64,000 bases of DNA from positions 29,760,001 through 29,824,000 of the forward strand of contig NC_043008.1 of the NCBI RefSeq assembly GCF_006345805.1, in the 5' to 3' direction. The stretch comes from Octopus sinensis (Eukaryota). The notes beneath the pieces are model-generated. The model saw only the letters and a list, made by a program, of their open reading frames with translations. It did not search any database and was not told where the DNA came from. The translations under genes and the position numbers were made by a program. Positions 13,193 through 27,010 of this stretch are shown here, one piece after another. Numbering within the stretch: position 1 is the stretch's first letter; each line of letters starts with the position of its first letter.

Positions 13193-13772
13193 ATGGGCTA
13201 AACATAGAGGGCAGCCAAAGGGATTAGGTCGATTACATTGACCTAATACGTAACTGGTAATTGTTTAATCGACCCCGAAAGGATGAAAAGCTAAGTCGAT
13301 CGCGGCGGAATTTGAACTCAGAACATAAAGACAGTCGAAATACTTAGTTCTTTACTACCCACAAGGGGCTAAACACAGTGGAGACAAACAAGGACAGACA
13401 GACGGAATAAAGTCGATTATATCGACCCCAGTGCCTTGCTTGTACTTAATTTATCGACTCCGAAAGGATGAATGGCAAAGTCGACCTCGGCGGAATTTGA
13501 GCTCAGAACGTAAAGACAGACGAAATACTGCTAGGTATTTCGCTCGGCGTGCTAAACGAATGGAATATATTATTTTCTACTCTAGGCACAAGGCCCGAAA
13601 TTTTTGGTGAGTGGGTCAGCCAATTAGATCGATACCAGTGCGCAAATGGTACTTAGTCTATCGACCCCGAAAGATGAAAGGCAAAGTCGACCTCTGCGGA
13701 ATTTGAACACAGAACATAAAGACAGACGTAATGCCGCTAGGAATTTCGCCCGGCGTGCTAAGGGCTGGAATA
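13193..13772 (-). mobile_element. Three-unit tandem array of a tRNA-derived SINE with a Nin-like central domain
   Basis: Three reverse-complement B-boxes (13309, 13494, 13700), each next to the reverse complement of GTCGACTTTGCCTTTCATCCTTTCGGGGTCGATA-like sequence; Nin assignment is from recalled consensus. Confidence 0.85.
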
Positions 13773-13931
13773 TATTGCCTTCGTTCCAGTTGAAAATCAG
13801 TGCTGCATGCCAAAAAAATATTTAAAAAAGACCTCAAGAAAAGGATTAACAAGAATAACCACTAACTATATATTCGCTGTATTAATTGGATTACTCATAC
13901 TATTTAAAATATGAGTGATACGTATTTTTTT

Positions 13932-13933
13932 AT

Positions 13934-14004
<71 letters not shown>

Positions 14005-14041
14005 CATCATCATTATTATTATTGTTATTATCATCATCATC
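13932..14041. repeat. (TTA)n/(TCA)n microsatellite
   Basis: Directly visible. Confidence 0.95.
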
Positions 14042-15041
14042 GTTATTTTGTTAGAAAGCTGGTTTAGGTTCAAGTATGAGTTGATCAAAGAGAATTATCA
14101 ATTGAATAATTGTCTTATGATTTGAATTTATCATTCTTTATACACGCTTTGCAATAAATGCCAGAAAGATAGTATTACAATATTGTCGACAGCATTCTTT
14201 TTCCTGTAAATATAAATTGGATAGGGAGTAACACGGAACTTCGTTGAACGGGGTTGGGGATCCACTTTCCAGTATCGACCTCAGCCGGTGATATTTCATT
14301 TCTAAATTTCAAAGACACAGTAGAATCCTGAGTGTCAACGTTATTCATTAAAATTAAGTACTTCCCTTTCTTGTTTTGCCTGTATAGCCCCCACGTCAAA
14401 TTTGATTGCGAAAACTACGATCGCAAGTATTCGAGAGATTTACATTCCAACACCGTCGTCTTACTAATGTGCAGTGATTCCCGAACAGCATTTCCCAACC
14501 TAATATTTAATAAGACAATAGCGTGGGTTGTGAGAGAGATTTGATTCAAATTTGTCACAGGTTTAAGCGATCACATACACGCTCCTCAGACCATTTGCAT
14601 AATGTTAATCAGCAAAATAATCTTTATATTCGTTTGGAGATGAAAGTAACCTCTTGATTTTTGATTCGTTTTGCACGCTAATTCCAAATCGGATTTTCTT
14701 TAACGCGTCAAGTATTTTTTAATAGAGTTGCCTTTGTGTTGTTCAAGTTTATCAATACATGCATAAAATTTAATACAAAATGATTCACATTTATTACGTA
14801 ATTTTAACATTTTATACAATTTTCCCTTGCGTAAAACACACGCACAAAAACAATTGACTAATTCAAACAATACATAATTGAACCTCATTTTGATCGCATT
14901 GTTTGAGTTCGATACACTTGAGGAAGAAGGTATTTCGCAAGTTTACACATTTTTAAATGTTATAAATTTTTATCAGATTGAAAAGTTCAGATATGTCGTA
15001 GTTTGTATATTCCATAAAAGGATAAGTTATATATATTTTTG

Positions 15042-15077
<36 letters not shown>

Positions 15078-15444
15078 GTGTGTGTGTGTGTGTGTGTGCG
15101 TGTGTGTGTGTGTGTGTGTGCATATTTTGTGCAATTTGAGAATATTAGAATCTAGTCAGAATGAACCATTTTTTCCTAACCACCGCGAAAAATGAAACAG
15201 TTGTGTAATTCGTTATTCTTTTGAGATCATTATGACGATAATAGGCTTATACTTTTAAACTGTTACTGTATTTTACATGATACTAAAACACTCAAGTGTT
15301 TTAGCTAACAATTAATTGTGTTTTTATGCTTATTAGACTTACCAGATTTAGGTTTTCATTTTCCTACACTATAAAGATCTGCTATTTTCTTCATGAGATC
15401 AAGTGAATAAAATCTTAAGTGATTAAACAACATTCTGATCTTAC

Positions 15445-15587
15445 CTGTGTTTTATGAGAAATCCTGCGCTGCAAACATTTTGTTCACGCACAATCCAGCT
15501 AAAATTGCATGTTTTATCTATGATTATGCTAATAATCTTTCCGGGAACAGAGACATATATCCTCTCTCTGATGGCCTGCTGATAAGA
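15445..15587 (-). CDS. Candidate internal exon of an unidentified gene
   Basis: Acceptor GATTTCTTGCTAG|, donor CAG|GTAAGA, 143 nt open: SYQQAIRERIYVSVPGKIISIIIDKTCNFSWIVREQNVCSAGFLIKH; no homology recognised. Confidence 0.3.
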
Positions 15588-16274
15588 CTAGCAAGAAATC
15601 CGATTGATCCAATGATCTTCTGATCATCAACGTATGAATAAAACACAAAATAGGATGAAACTAAGTATTGTATAGCTTTAAGAGCGAAACGTTTAAATAT
15701 GAATACTATTTTTGCAATTGCTTTTCTACGAACACAAATTCGCGTAAATTATTGTCAGTGAGTCCGATTCAAGCAACCGATTCAGATTAATGCACTTTTA
15801 TATGCACTTTAAATAGTTAATAAGCTAATAATTTGAGCATGGGCAGGGTTGTCTTTCAGAAGCATAGTGGCTTAGTATAAAGTGGTTGAAAGTCCATATT
15901 TTTCTGTCTACGACATTAATGCACAATTCTAAATACTTTATTTACATTTCTCAGAGTGGCAACAGGCTAGGTGTACTAAAACAACATATTAATTTCAACT
16001 TTCAAAGACGTGAAGTGTTTTTTCTTCTGGAAATCGCAAATACATATACCTATATAATACAAGTATTTCAATGTCTCCGTATCATGGATTTGGAAAAATC
16101 CATGATTATTATTGAAACAAACATTCAGTCCACACAACAAGCAGTAAACGTTTGTTCTTGTTCGACTTGTTCACCAAAATCACAAGAAAATTTCATATGA
16201 TGCATCAGGAGAAAAGATCAGGAAACTTCATATTGTGTCTTGGAAATAAAATATATTAATGTAAAGTCTAGTGA

Positions 16275-16317
<43 letters not shown>

Positions 16318-18855
16318 CTCACACATCACATTCTGTTTCCATCATTTCAGTAGACAGGCGCATTTCAATTGCACTGACCTTGCCTTAGTTATGTGCATAA
16401 ATGTCAAACAAATTCCTTCTACTTCCCTGTAGATTTAAGGCATTTTATATTGTATGGAATAACTGTCAGCCTTAACATGAATAAGTCTTCAAATGCACAA
16501 AAGAAAACATTGTGTTCTTTCTACATTATATTCAAGAAGGCCATAGTGAGGTAGTTCGAATCAATTATACACACCCAAAAGGAGAATTCGCTTTCTACGT
16601 ACTAATAAGGAATCGATAAATTTTATTGAGGTCAACTTTACTGGAGAGAATATTGTTTTTTAAATTCTATATTTATATATCACATTTTCATTGTTATAAT
16701 CTCTCACATCGTTTATTTCACTTTTAAAATTACTGCTTAAAAAATATATATAGCAAGTTTCAACGGCTATGCACCGCTTCTTCTTACACATTTAGAGCGA
16801 TATCTTTAATGCATTTTTGTAATTATATTTTTTATAGGTTTTCATGTTTCAACCGAAGAATATTCTCTCTCGATAAAATTAATACTTCTGTTTTTTTTCC
16901 TTTAGTTAATGCATACTAACATTCGCACACACACATGTTTGTATGCATATACGTATGTATTTATATATGTGTCCATGTATATGTGTGTGTATGAATGTGT
17001 GTGTCTGTGTGTGTTTGTCTGTATGTATATGTGAGTGTGTACAGATTAAAAAGTTAAAGAAGTATAGATAGTGATATATGTAAGTATATTGTTTCTTTAT
17101 TGCGAAATAAAATATATTGGAAGTATTCAGTGGAATATTGAACAGAATTTTTTTCTGTCATTTTCATTCCAGGGAGTTAAAATTCAGCATATGTAAAACG
17201 GAATTACATTCATTTTATTGGTGAAAAGAGAGGATTCTTTCAACAATTCAATGAAAAAAATATCATTGTGAATGACAGTCAATTGATTTGAGTTACGTTG
17301 AACTTGTAAAGAACGTATGGAAAAGGCCAAATACCTGGTCTGAGTTACATTTCCAGTAATTTTTCATTGAATTCCATCAATGTTAACAATACCTAATGTA
17401 CATTATGGCATAAAAGTGCAGCTTTAATGTGACTTACAACTTAACATTATGTGCTGTAGAGTCTTTGATTATTGAAGTTACAGTTTATAATGAACAACTA
17501 ATAACCTTAACCACCAAGATATCTGCTGTTAACAGTTAGAAGGACATTAATATCAAACATGATTTTCGACACTACGAACTTACAAAAAACTAATATTAAC
17601 TGTAATTCCAAAGATTTATGGGAGACTATTCCATGCTTTATAACTTAATTACTTTGCTGTATTAGTCATAGTGAGAGAAGCGAAGCTATAATTAATGTTA
17701 ATACCATTTAGTTGGCAAAACATACATAGTAATATTTATAACTGTTTCCTCTTTCATTGATCTCCGTCTTATAAAAATCAAAGAAAATACTCTTGTGATT
17801 TCAGTTAAGAGTACTTGCCATACAGAGCTAGAATTAGTAAAAATGTTTACTGGACTTCCACTACCGGGGCCTTGTACATAAACCACTTATCGGTCTTAGA
17901 AATATCTGTTAATTCTTAAGTAAAAACACACGCTGTTTTTAAGTTGACTGTTATAATTGACAATTAGACATGCCTGTATTCTCAGATCACGACACAGAAT
18001 ACCGTGACGTTCTTGTTCGCGTTCGACTCTCGTGTTAACTCCTCTGTCATCTTATTACGGCGCACAAAATGTAATACTATTCCTAAGCATTAAGGTGTTG
18101 GACGAGACACCTTGCGCTATTTGTTTGGCTATACTTGTGAATCTGAGATCTCGTGTGATATACTAAATGCATTCATTGGCCTAACACCAATATTTGATAG
18201 TTGGGTACCTTCGGTGGCGATCTTACTGATGTAGGCATATTGCTCAGATCTGTGGCTTCAATTAAACGTCTCTGTTCTAACTACAGCCTAGCTACTCCTG
18301 AAAAATTTGATCTGAGACACTGTTTCGCCCTCTGTTACAATAGGAGATCTATCTATATTGTTATGTCATATTTATGATATCAATAACAGAGGGTATTTCT
18401 TTTTCTTTTTTTTTTTCATGTATCGATAAATTCTGGTTAGATTTTAAAACGTTTACCTGCTTATTAGGCCTTTGTTGAATTACCATTCCGATTTCAGGTG
18501 CTAAACCTTATCTCTATACGATGTGAAGTCCGCTAAAATGGAAGTCTGTCTCGAACCTGAAGAGCGGTGCATATCGCAGTTGCTGTGGAGTTTAAGTGAC
18601 TAAAATAACAAAGGCCTAAATTATCTCATGTTCCAACACTCTACACTGTATGGTACCCATTTACGGCCAAATAGATGAATTTTTGCAATAAAATTACTTC
18701 TAATAAATGCATCCAAGGGCGACACGTTATGTAGAAATATCTCAATAAGAGCAACGTTTTCTCGATCATTTAGACTAAGTATGTTCCAATGTATCCAAAC
18801 AACCCAACTTGTTACCTTTAATTACAAGAACAGGCTTTATATTTTCACGATGGGG

Positions 18856-19086
18856 AAATTTTACTATGTGACTTTTAATACTAGAAGAATAATGATGTAC
18901 AGTCACTGCATGTATCTATTTGCCTCACATGTTTGAATAATATTTTAGTATACACATAACTTAAGTCATAAATTTTACTATGTGACTTTTAATACTAGAA
19001 GAATAATGATGTACAGTCACTGCATGTATCTATTTGCCTCACATGTTTGAATAATATTTTAGTATACACATAACTTAAGTCATAAA
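18856..19086. repeat. Perfect 114-bp tandem duplication
   Basis: 18856-18969 is identical to 18970-19083, with AAA microhomology at the ends. Confidence 0.95.
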
Positions 19087-20353
19087 GCTGCACACAGCAG
19101 TTTAGTTATTACAATTTATATTCACAGGATTTGGAACCAATCATATAAGCAATCAAGTATAGTTTTCTGAACAACCATTTTGAATAAGTATTTCATAATT
19201 ACTCAAATTTATATAATTCTTAATGTAGATGGTTTTATGAGATTCATGAAGTTTAAGGAAACAAAGATCTAGAGAATATATATATAAGAAAAGTAAATAT
19301 CGAAGTTTTTTTTATATGAGAACCGATTTTATTTCTTATTTAAGTGCAAGGTTAAAAGTTGAGTCAATGCAGAGGTGTTCCAACTCGATGAAATCTCTAA
19401 GCAGTGTCAATACAGAAGTCAGCCATATCCAACTGGCTCAAAATGTCAGCAGAACACCCGGACACTTTTGGGTGTAAGAAGTCAAGGGTCCAAAAACTTG
19501 CATGAGAGGGGTTTCTCCATCGAAGACATCCTACAGTTCATCTCTTGAAAGTTTCTTATCACTGGATTTATATCGATTCGATATATATGTATGTGTCTAT
19601 GCATGAGTATTTGTCTACACATGTGTGTGTTTGTGTGTATGTGTATTTATGTGTGTGAATATAATATATCCTCATTAAAACACTTTCTCAACATTTTGCC
19701 CAGTAAGTTGTGGGGCACTCACTTAATAAGAGATCCAATCACTATATCCACATTATTTTATACACAAGCTGTACTCTTAAAAGTTTTTTCATCTTTTAAT
19801 GAAATTCAAAACTAATCGAAGAAAGCGTTTGCCTTAAATAGAAATGTATTGATGTTATTCATATTATTTTTTTCTTTCAATTATATTTTATTTTGCTTTA
19901 CATTAGTGAATAACATGTATTTTTACATGTGCTTATTTAATAAATCTCTCGTTGAACCAACTATAGGGATATAAACAACAATGTTTGTCACATACAAATA
20001 AATAAACTGAATTTGTTTTATTTTCTTGTCTTCCATTTTTACATTTAATTTCCTCCGTCTTCTTTTTACTATTATTTTCTCAGCACTTTCGCTCAGAGCA
20101 ATTTCTAAGCGAGAAATAAAGTTCAATTATTGACAAATAATATTTGCGAAATTAATTTATTCTTTGTATTTACTTTACAGAACCAAATCATACTCACGTG
20201 ATTGAGACTTATGCCAATTCATAGTCATACTGTGTGTGTTGAAATGCAGTTTTTAATGGTGTGTTTGGTATTCAGATTTCTAGCTTGGAGTTGTTTTCAG
20301 TTGAAATGCTGCGCAGATACTATTGCCATTAACACAAGCACACTCACACGCAC

Positions 20354-20600
<247 letters not shown>

Positions 20601-20984
20601 GTGTATTTGTGTGTTTCGGCCCAGGAAAACAGAAAAGCACTTTATATAATATATACTCATATTAGCATTCCTAAATGAAGTTAACTAAATTAATTGACAA
20701 TTCACGATCAGATTTATTTATTAATTATATTCATTCGAATATGAAAGATTTTCAACCCAGTGTAAAGATTCACCTGTGCCTTATCTCATTAAAAACACCT
20801 TGATTTGTCTGTTCAACGAAACACCGTCGAGGCTGGTAATTTAGTAGAATGTGCATACATGTGTAGTGTGAGATATATAAACATAAACAAGCGAACCGTA
20901 ATCCTTTCGCTAGACATGCTACAATTATTATCCAAAGATTTCTGATATCGCCTTCTGGCAATACAATTGAATTAGTTGCAATTA

Positions 20985-21170
20985 GGGGTTTCAAATTTTG
21001 GTAAAAAGCAGCAACCCCAGAGATAGCCGCTCCCATTGACACCAAAGGAAGGAAAGGGAACATCTACCACGACAGGATTTTACTTAGAACGTAATGAGCT
21101 GGAAGTAATTCTGATAAGCATTTTGTCCAATGCCCTAATTAATTTCCCACTTTGCCGACGCTGAATTATT
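20985..21170 (-). mobile_element. Highly decayed Nin-like SINE copy
   Basis: GACACCAAAGGAAGGAAAGG..GGATTTTACTTAGAACGTAA..TAAGCATTTTGTCC aligns by eye to the units at 13.2-13.8 kb. Confidence 0.55.
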
Positions 21171-21356
21171 TCTAAAAAATACCAACAGCTATCACATGAG
21201 TATTACAATAATTTATATCAATGAATATTTTAAGTCAAAGTTCGAAATGAATATTTTGCCCATCAATCTTGACTACAAATTATGAAAATCATCAGTGATA
21301 TCATATGAATCGATATCATCTGTGCTCGTCTTTATCAGTATTATGAATTTACTTAC

Positions 21357-21505
21357 ATACTCTTTGGTCAGAGAAGGGCAGACAGCGTCCATTACCGTTT
21401 CAATATCCTTTGAGATGATAAGAAAAAGATAGGAAGCAGTAACGACTGGCGGATCATCATCAGAGTTAAATCCTAACTCGAGAGCGTCTAGAATAGTAGA
21501 CTCTG
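21357..21505 (-). CDS. Candidate internal coding exon of an unidentified gene
   Basis: Acceptor CATTTATTTGTTTTAG|, donor TAT|GTAAGT, 149 nt, only one frame open: ESTILDALELGFNSDDDPPVVTASYLFLIISKDIETVMDAVCPSLTKEY. Confidence 0.5.
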
Positions 21506-24436
21506 CTAAAACAAATAAATGACTTGACTTGTGTGTTACATCGGTTAATAGATTATGCTTCATTTACATGAACATATACGTATTCCACACCATATTGCTA
21601 ATGTTAATCAGTGATTAGATGGAACGGATGTTATGAACGTATTTGATTGCGATAACACAATGAAACATGCTAATGACGAAACCCCATTGTACATGCTTAG
21701 TTGCTATGTCAGAATTTACAATGGAACGTGAGACAATTTTTTACTAAAACATCCAAGCACTTCTACTCGTCATGAAGTGGGCACAATCTATGTTCAGAAT
21801 GAGTCGTTTTATTCAATTGATGGGAAGGCACTTTATATTTGGCGAATTAATATTACTTATGTTATGTTGGGCAATAAACGATTAGTATTTATGGATTCAA
21901 TTATAGCCAGTAAGTAAAGAATGTCGATTGGGAAATCGTGATTCTTAGTTAAATTCCGATGTGTGGTATAATGATTACTTTAGGTTTTACGATATTCCTA
22001 AGTGGGCTTATGAATTGTGAGAGGAAATACGTTGATCGGATGTGTGGTGTGTGTTCTATCTTCGTTGACATAATCCGACTCAAAGACAACCGCCAACAAC
22101 TTGTCATTCAATGTTGTTACTGGGTTCAGTTTGTTGCAGGTTGTTGGGGAAGTTTTCTGTTCCGATATATGTTTAGAAACCTATAACTGGGTCTTTGAGA
22201 GAACAATTCTTCTACTAATTAAAAGGATAAAATCTCATTTTAGATTTTAATGAAGACACGTAGTAGAGAGCTCATTCATTTAGAATCTGACACGTTAGCA
22301 AGCGACATGCGAGTAGCATTGTAATGCTTCAAAACTATTCTCCTTTTCTTCTGACTCTAACTTATTTGCTGAAGTAACTAACTTTAACTTAAATTAGAGA
22401 ACTAATAAGTGAAAGTATAGCCGTTTGTGTTACTGTTACAGTCCTTTCAGCAGTTGTTAACTTCACTTAGATTGTGATTTGCTAGATATGTGTAAGCTAT
22501 TTCTATATGTCATTGGATTGTATATAGACTTCTTTGCTGTTTAATCAGCAAAAGCCTGTGATTTTAGAAGTAGTTGTTGCAAAGAAGGCTTCATAATATT
22601 AAACAATTACCCACGTTCAATAAGGAAAGTATAGTTTCAGTTGAACTAGGATTTTCATGAACATTCTTTTAGTTATGAATAGTTCAATTGATATTTTACA
22701 TAGAGTGTCTATTCAGTAAAATTCCCTCTATACATATATTTTTCATGACATCTGACGAGACCTTAAACTGTTCGAAACAACTTGTACTGAATGCCACCAT
22801 AAAAGCAAAGATTAGACTCATTTGGTAGAGTATTCGATTTGAAATTAATTTAGTTAATTTCCAAAGTAGTTCTTCCTTACAATTCTTAGCTACAATCATT
22901 AACGTAATGAAATTTCTCCTCAATATGGCCATAGTTTTAATTAATTAACATTTCTTGGTTCATGTTATTAACGCTCACTTAACTCTGTAGGTTATTGCTC
23001 GGACTAATGTACAATATCAAGCAATTTTCCACTGTTTATTTACATGTGACTTTCTAAATTTGAAATATATATGAAGTTTACTAAATGGAATAAACATTTA
23101 TATATTTAATTGTTTGTTTCTATTGCGTCGCTTATATCCTAACTCAAACATACTTCTAAAAATTTCAACATAAACGTGGCTGCCGATAATGATAAATTCC
23201 TACAAATAAAATTCGATATATGATTTATAAAAATCTTCCACTATGTCAAACGATATTAAGTCTCTAAAATTGTCTTTTCACTCGGTCCCCATTTTCATTA
23301 TGTTATCAAATCGTATTATAACAGTATTAGTGTGGCATTTTTGCAAAGTTTTCTTAAGTAAATAATGTCTCCAAATCATCGACACGACTCTGCTTTAAAC
23401 ATTGCCTTTACTTCATTATATTGAATGATAATCATTAAGCTTATCCATGCCAACAGTTGAGGTTAACTTTAATACTAAAAGATATGGAATTAGTGTACAT
23501 TAAGTTTCATAAAACTACATTTCTCATATTATTATTGTAATTCCTAAAACGTTCGTAATTTTAAACATTATCTCCTTCCTTAGAAGTCTAAATCATGGAA
23601 ATTCAGTCTCTACACACTCGTAATATATTGGAATATTTTCAACAATTTATTCACAGGAGCACTGAAAAATATTTTGCCTTAAATTTATTTAACATATTAT
23701 TTACTCAGTAATATTTATTACTGGCATGTATACATTGTGTTCACTGCAAAAATCTGGAAAGATAATTGAATAAGTGTTCCCCAGTGTTACAAATGGTTTG
23801 ATCTATAAAAATCGTGTGTATAGTGTAGCGTGTTGAGGCATACTAAATAATAGCGTGCATGTTTATATAACAGTGTTGCTGGCAGTTGGAATATTGCCTT
23901 GGACAGTCTGTCAAAGTCCGAACATTTTCAATGTATATGTACTGAGCAAATTTAAAAAGCCACTCAACGCTGCAAGTAAGTTTTCAAATGACACTTGCCA
24001 TTGTGTTGAATACAAATATTTTGATACGTCATATTTAAAGATTATAAGACTGAATGTACAGAATGTTATTATTCTTTCCTACAGGCATTGCTATACTTTC
24101 TTACTATATGATGAATACTAAATTCTTTCATTTTTATTTTAACTATCTCATTGTACTGTATTCATACTAGGGCAGCATTTTACCTGATTTTAAACGATTT
24201 CATTGAAAAATCCTAACAATACATTTTCTAGTTGCCTTTGTTGATCTTATGAGAAATGAATAGTCACATAAACAGACATTATATAGGGCATGTAATACAA
24301 CAAAAATGCGGTATTTATATTTCGTCACGCAGAATATGTATTTCTAGAAACATATAAACGGAAGCATATAATATACACATATGTGTGTATATGCGTGTGC
24401 CTCTATATGTTATATATATAGGTATATAAATGAATA

Positions 24437-24507
<71 letters not shown>

Positions 24508-24511
24508 CGCG

Positions 24512-24700
24512 TGTCTATGACTTTCAAGTGTTTTTACCCCCGGTGCACTGAACGAGTCATTCCCCAAGTGTTTTAACCCCCACTGCTTTGAGTGAGTCAT
24601 TCCCAACGCGTTATATATATATATAGATATGGGGGTTAAAACACTTGGGGAATGACTCGTGCAGAGCACCGGGGGTTAAAACACTTGAAAGTCATAGACA
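24512..24700. mobile_element. Fold-back element with internally repetitive inverted arms
   Basis: Arms 24512-24582 and 24630-24700 are near-perfect reverse complements built of about 35-40-bp subrepeats (GAGTCATTCCCCAAGTGTTTTAACCCCC). Confidence 0.8.
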
Positions 24701-25191
24701 GGCAAAACAACTCGTACCAAATCCAATTAAGACGTGAATGAGGAACCGCAACCTACAGGTGAAGACGCAAAAGCGTTATGTTGAATACGTGTGGTCGATC
24801 ACGGTTACATTAACGCTGCTTATATTCATATTTCGAATTTAATGTTACATCCCACCGTCGGGGCATACCAGCAAATGGTTTTCACACTGTATGCTATATA
24901 CCCGAATGCTGTTGATTCAGTGTATGTTGACAATTAGACCTAGCTTCTATCAAATGAAATATTACCAAATCACTGCAAATATTTTGCTCCGTGGACTTTA
25001 AACATTTTGAATGTCCCTCATAGTGAAGTCCTTGAAGTCATCTGAAAAAAGAATTTCTTTATAATGATGTCACCTTTTCCTTAATCAATTAGTGGAGTTG
25101 TTGGAGACGGCCGTAATGGGTTGTCACCTGTGCCTCTACTATTCCTCATATATATGTATTTATATAAGTATCTATGTATGTGTGTGGGTGG

Positions 25192-25225
<34 letters not shown>

Positions 25226-25229
25226 TATA

Positions 25230-25420
25230 GTTAATCCAAACATGAACAAAGAGGAAACCAACAACGCCATGACGTGGAACAAGTATAGCGTTATTGGACG
25301 CTCAGGAAAGGAAAGAATGAAGTAGGATTTAACGTTTCGAACGGAACTCTTCGTTAGAAATATAGAAAAAAGAAAAAGTCTAAGGAAGGGAAGGCGGAGA
25401 AAGAAAATATATAAAGGTGC
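25230..25420 (-). repeat. Penelope-type terminal-repeat fragment (family A), second copy
   Basis: Reverse-complement homolog of 9180-9400. Confidence 0.7.
25327..25361 (-). ncRNA. Minimal hammerhead motif with mutated core (CTAACGA)
   Basis: Minus strand: ATTT-CTAACGA-A-GAGT-TCC-GTTC-GAAA-CGTT-AAAT. Confidence 0.5.
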
Positions 25421-25766
25421 ATTCATATATACGACATATAATATAAAAATTTATAAATATATAAAAATACATAGATGTACTTGTGAGATGGTGAATGTGA
25501 AGATGATGAATGTAAAGCAATAAGTAATCCAACATATGAGAAAGTTAGTATAAAAAAATTGTTTAATGAACCTTGAGCAAGAGTAAAGTCTGACGGCCAT
25601 TTCGAGAAGATAAATATTGGTATGAGCGAGTTAATTCCAACCATAACACTCATCTATATTTCTCTCATCAGATTTAATCTAAAGGGGTTATTTAAATCCT
25701 AATTTTTTAAACAACATGAGTGCTAATTTGCTTTGCTGTATAAGGGGATAATTATCCCATTTATTT

Positions 25767-25769
<3 letters not shown>

Positions 25770-25855
<86 letters not shown>

Positions 25856-25903
25856 GCAGAAGAAGAAGAAGAAGAAGAAGAAGAAGAAGAAGAAGAAGAA
25901 GAA
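25770..25903. repeat. (AAT)n(GAA)n compound microsatellite
   Basis: Directly visible. Confidence 0.97.
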
Positions 25904-25951
25904 CATCGAAAATACCTTAGAAATGAGAATCCAGGTTCAAAATTTCTCCAA

Positions 25952-25997
25952 GACACCTGATGAAGGCTGGAGGGTATATCAGCCGAAACGTTACGTT
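25952..25997 (+). ncRNA. Minimal type I hammerhead motif (family B)
   Basis: GACAC-CTGATGA-A-GGCTG-(10 nt)-CAGCC-GAAA-CGTT-ACGTT; stem I 3' arm is mutated relative to the 55.9-kb copy. Confidence 0.6.
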
Positions 25998-26634
25998 AAC
26001 AACAATCAAGGTGAGGGCAACTGTCCGTCAAATGTTAATGTAAAATATGAAACCTTTTGAAATATTGCAGAGCCTGGATTATAAATATCTTAAGTACATT
26101 TTCTCTTTCAATTGCCGCAAGTACGTAAAATTTCATTAATACTTAATAACTGTGTGAGGAATTGCATTAGGCTAAGATGTAATTTAGCTGTATATGCAAG
26201 GAATTATTTGAGGAGATGAAACTATTTTGTTCATGATGAAATGTTTATTTTTATTTCTTGATTATCTTTAAAAGAAAGGAGGACAGTGAATAAAACGTTA
26301 TAAATTTAATGGCGATTAGGAACATAAAACACGGACTATGGGAAAACCGATGTGTGTTTGGTTACGGACGTCCACATCGCAATCATATAGGTCAGGTTTT
26401 GGTCCTTTTTGTCATCTACTACACAATTGGATTCATCATTCAATTGTAAATGAAATTTGTTAGATGTACACTGTACAGATATACGTTCTGTATGCACGTA
26501 TGCACCCCACACGTACTCACATGCACGCATACATATAATTGTGCATAAATACTCGCATATGTCTGTCTGTATGTCTGTTTATGTATGTATTTTTTCTATT
26601 TGACTGTCTGTCGGTCTGTCTATCTACATTCTTT

Positions 26635-27010
<376 letters not shown>

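Noticed and set aside
17698-17886. 62-aa minus-strand ORF with plausible composition
   Set aside because: Several incompatible splice-site and frame choices and no recognisable motif; cannot be distinguished from noise.
20770-21063. 97-aa minus-strand ORF that is phase-compatible with the 21.4-kb exon candidate
   Set aside because: Its first third derives from a decayed SINE and the acceptor lacks a pyrimidine tract.
22745-22792. CTGACGA...GAAAC...GTA hammerhead-like string
   Set aside because: Stem II is imperfect and no stem I pairing is available.
22696-22932. 78-aa minus-strand ORF
   Set aside because: No splice signals or motif; ORFs of this length are expected by chance at this base composition.
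23855-24121. Plus-strand ORF with a hydrophobic, signal-peptide or TM-like start and a GTAAGT donor at 23976
   Set aside because: GTG start with an in-frame stop just upstream, weak acceptor and no confident family match; left unresolved.
24184-24245. Minus-strand exon candidate with good splice sites
   Set aside because: Recount gives 62 nt with a TAA in the only protein-like frame (FFNEIV*).
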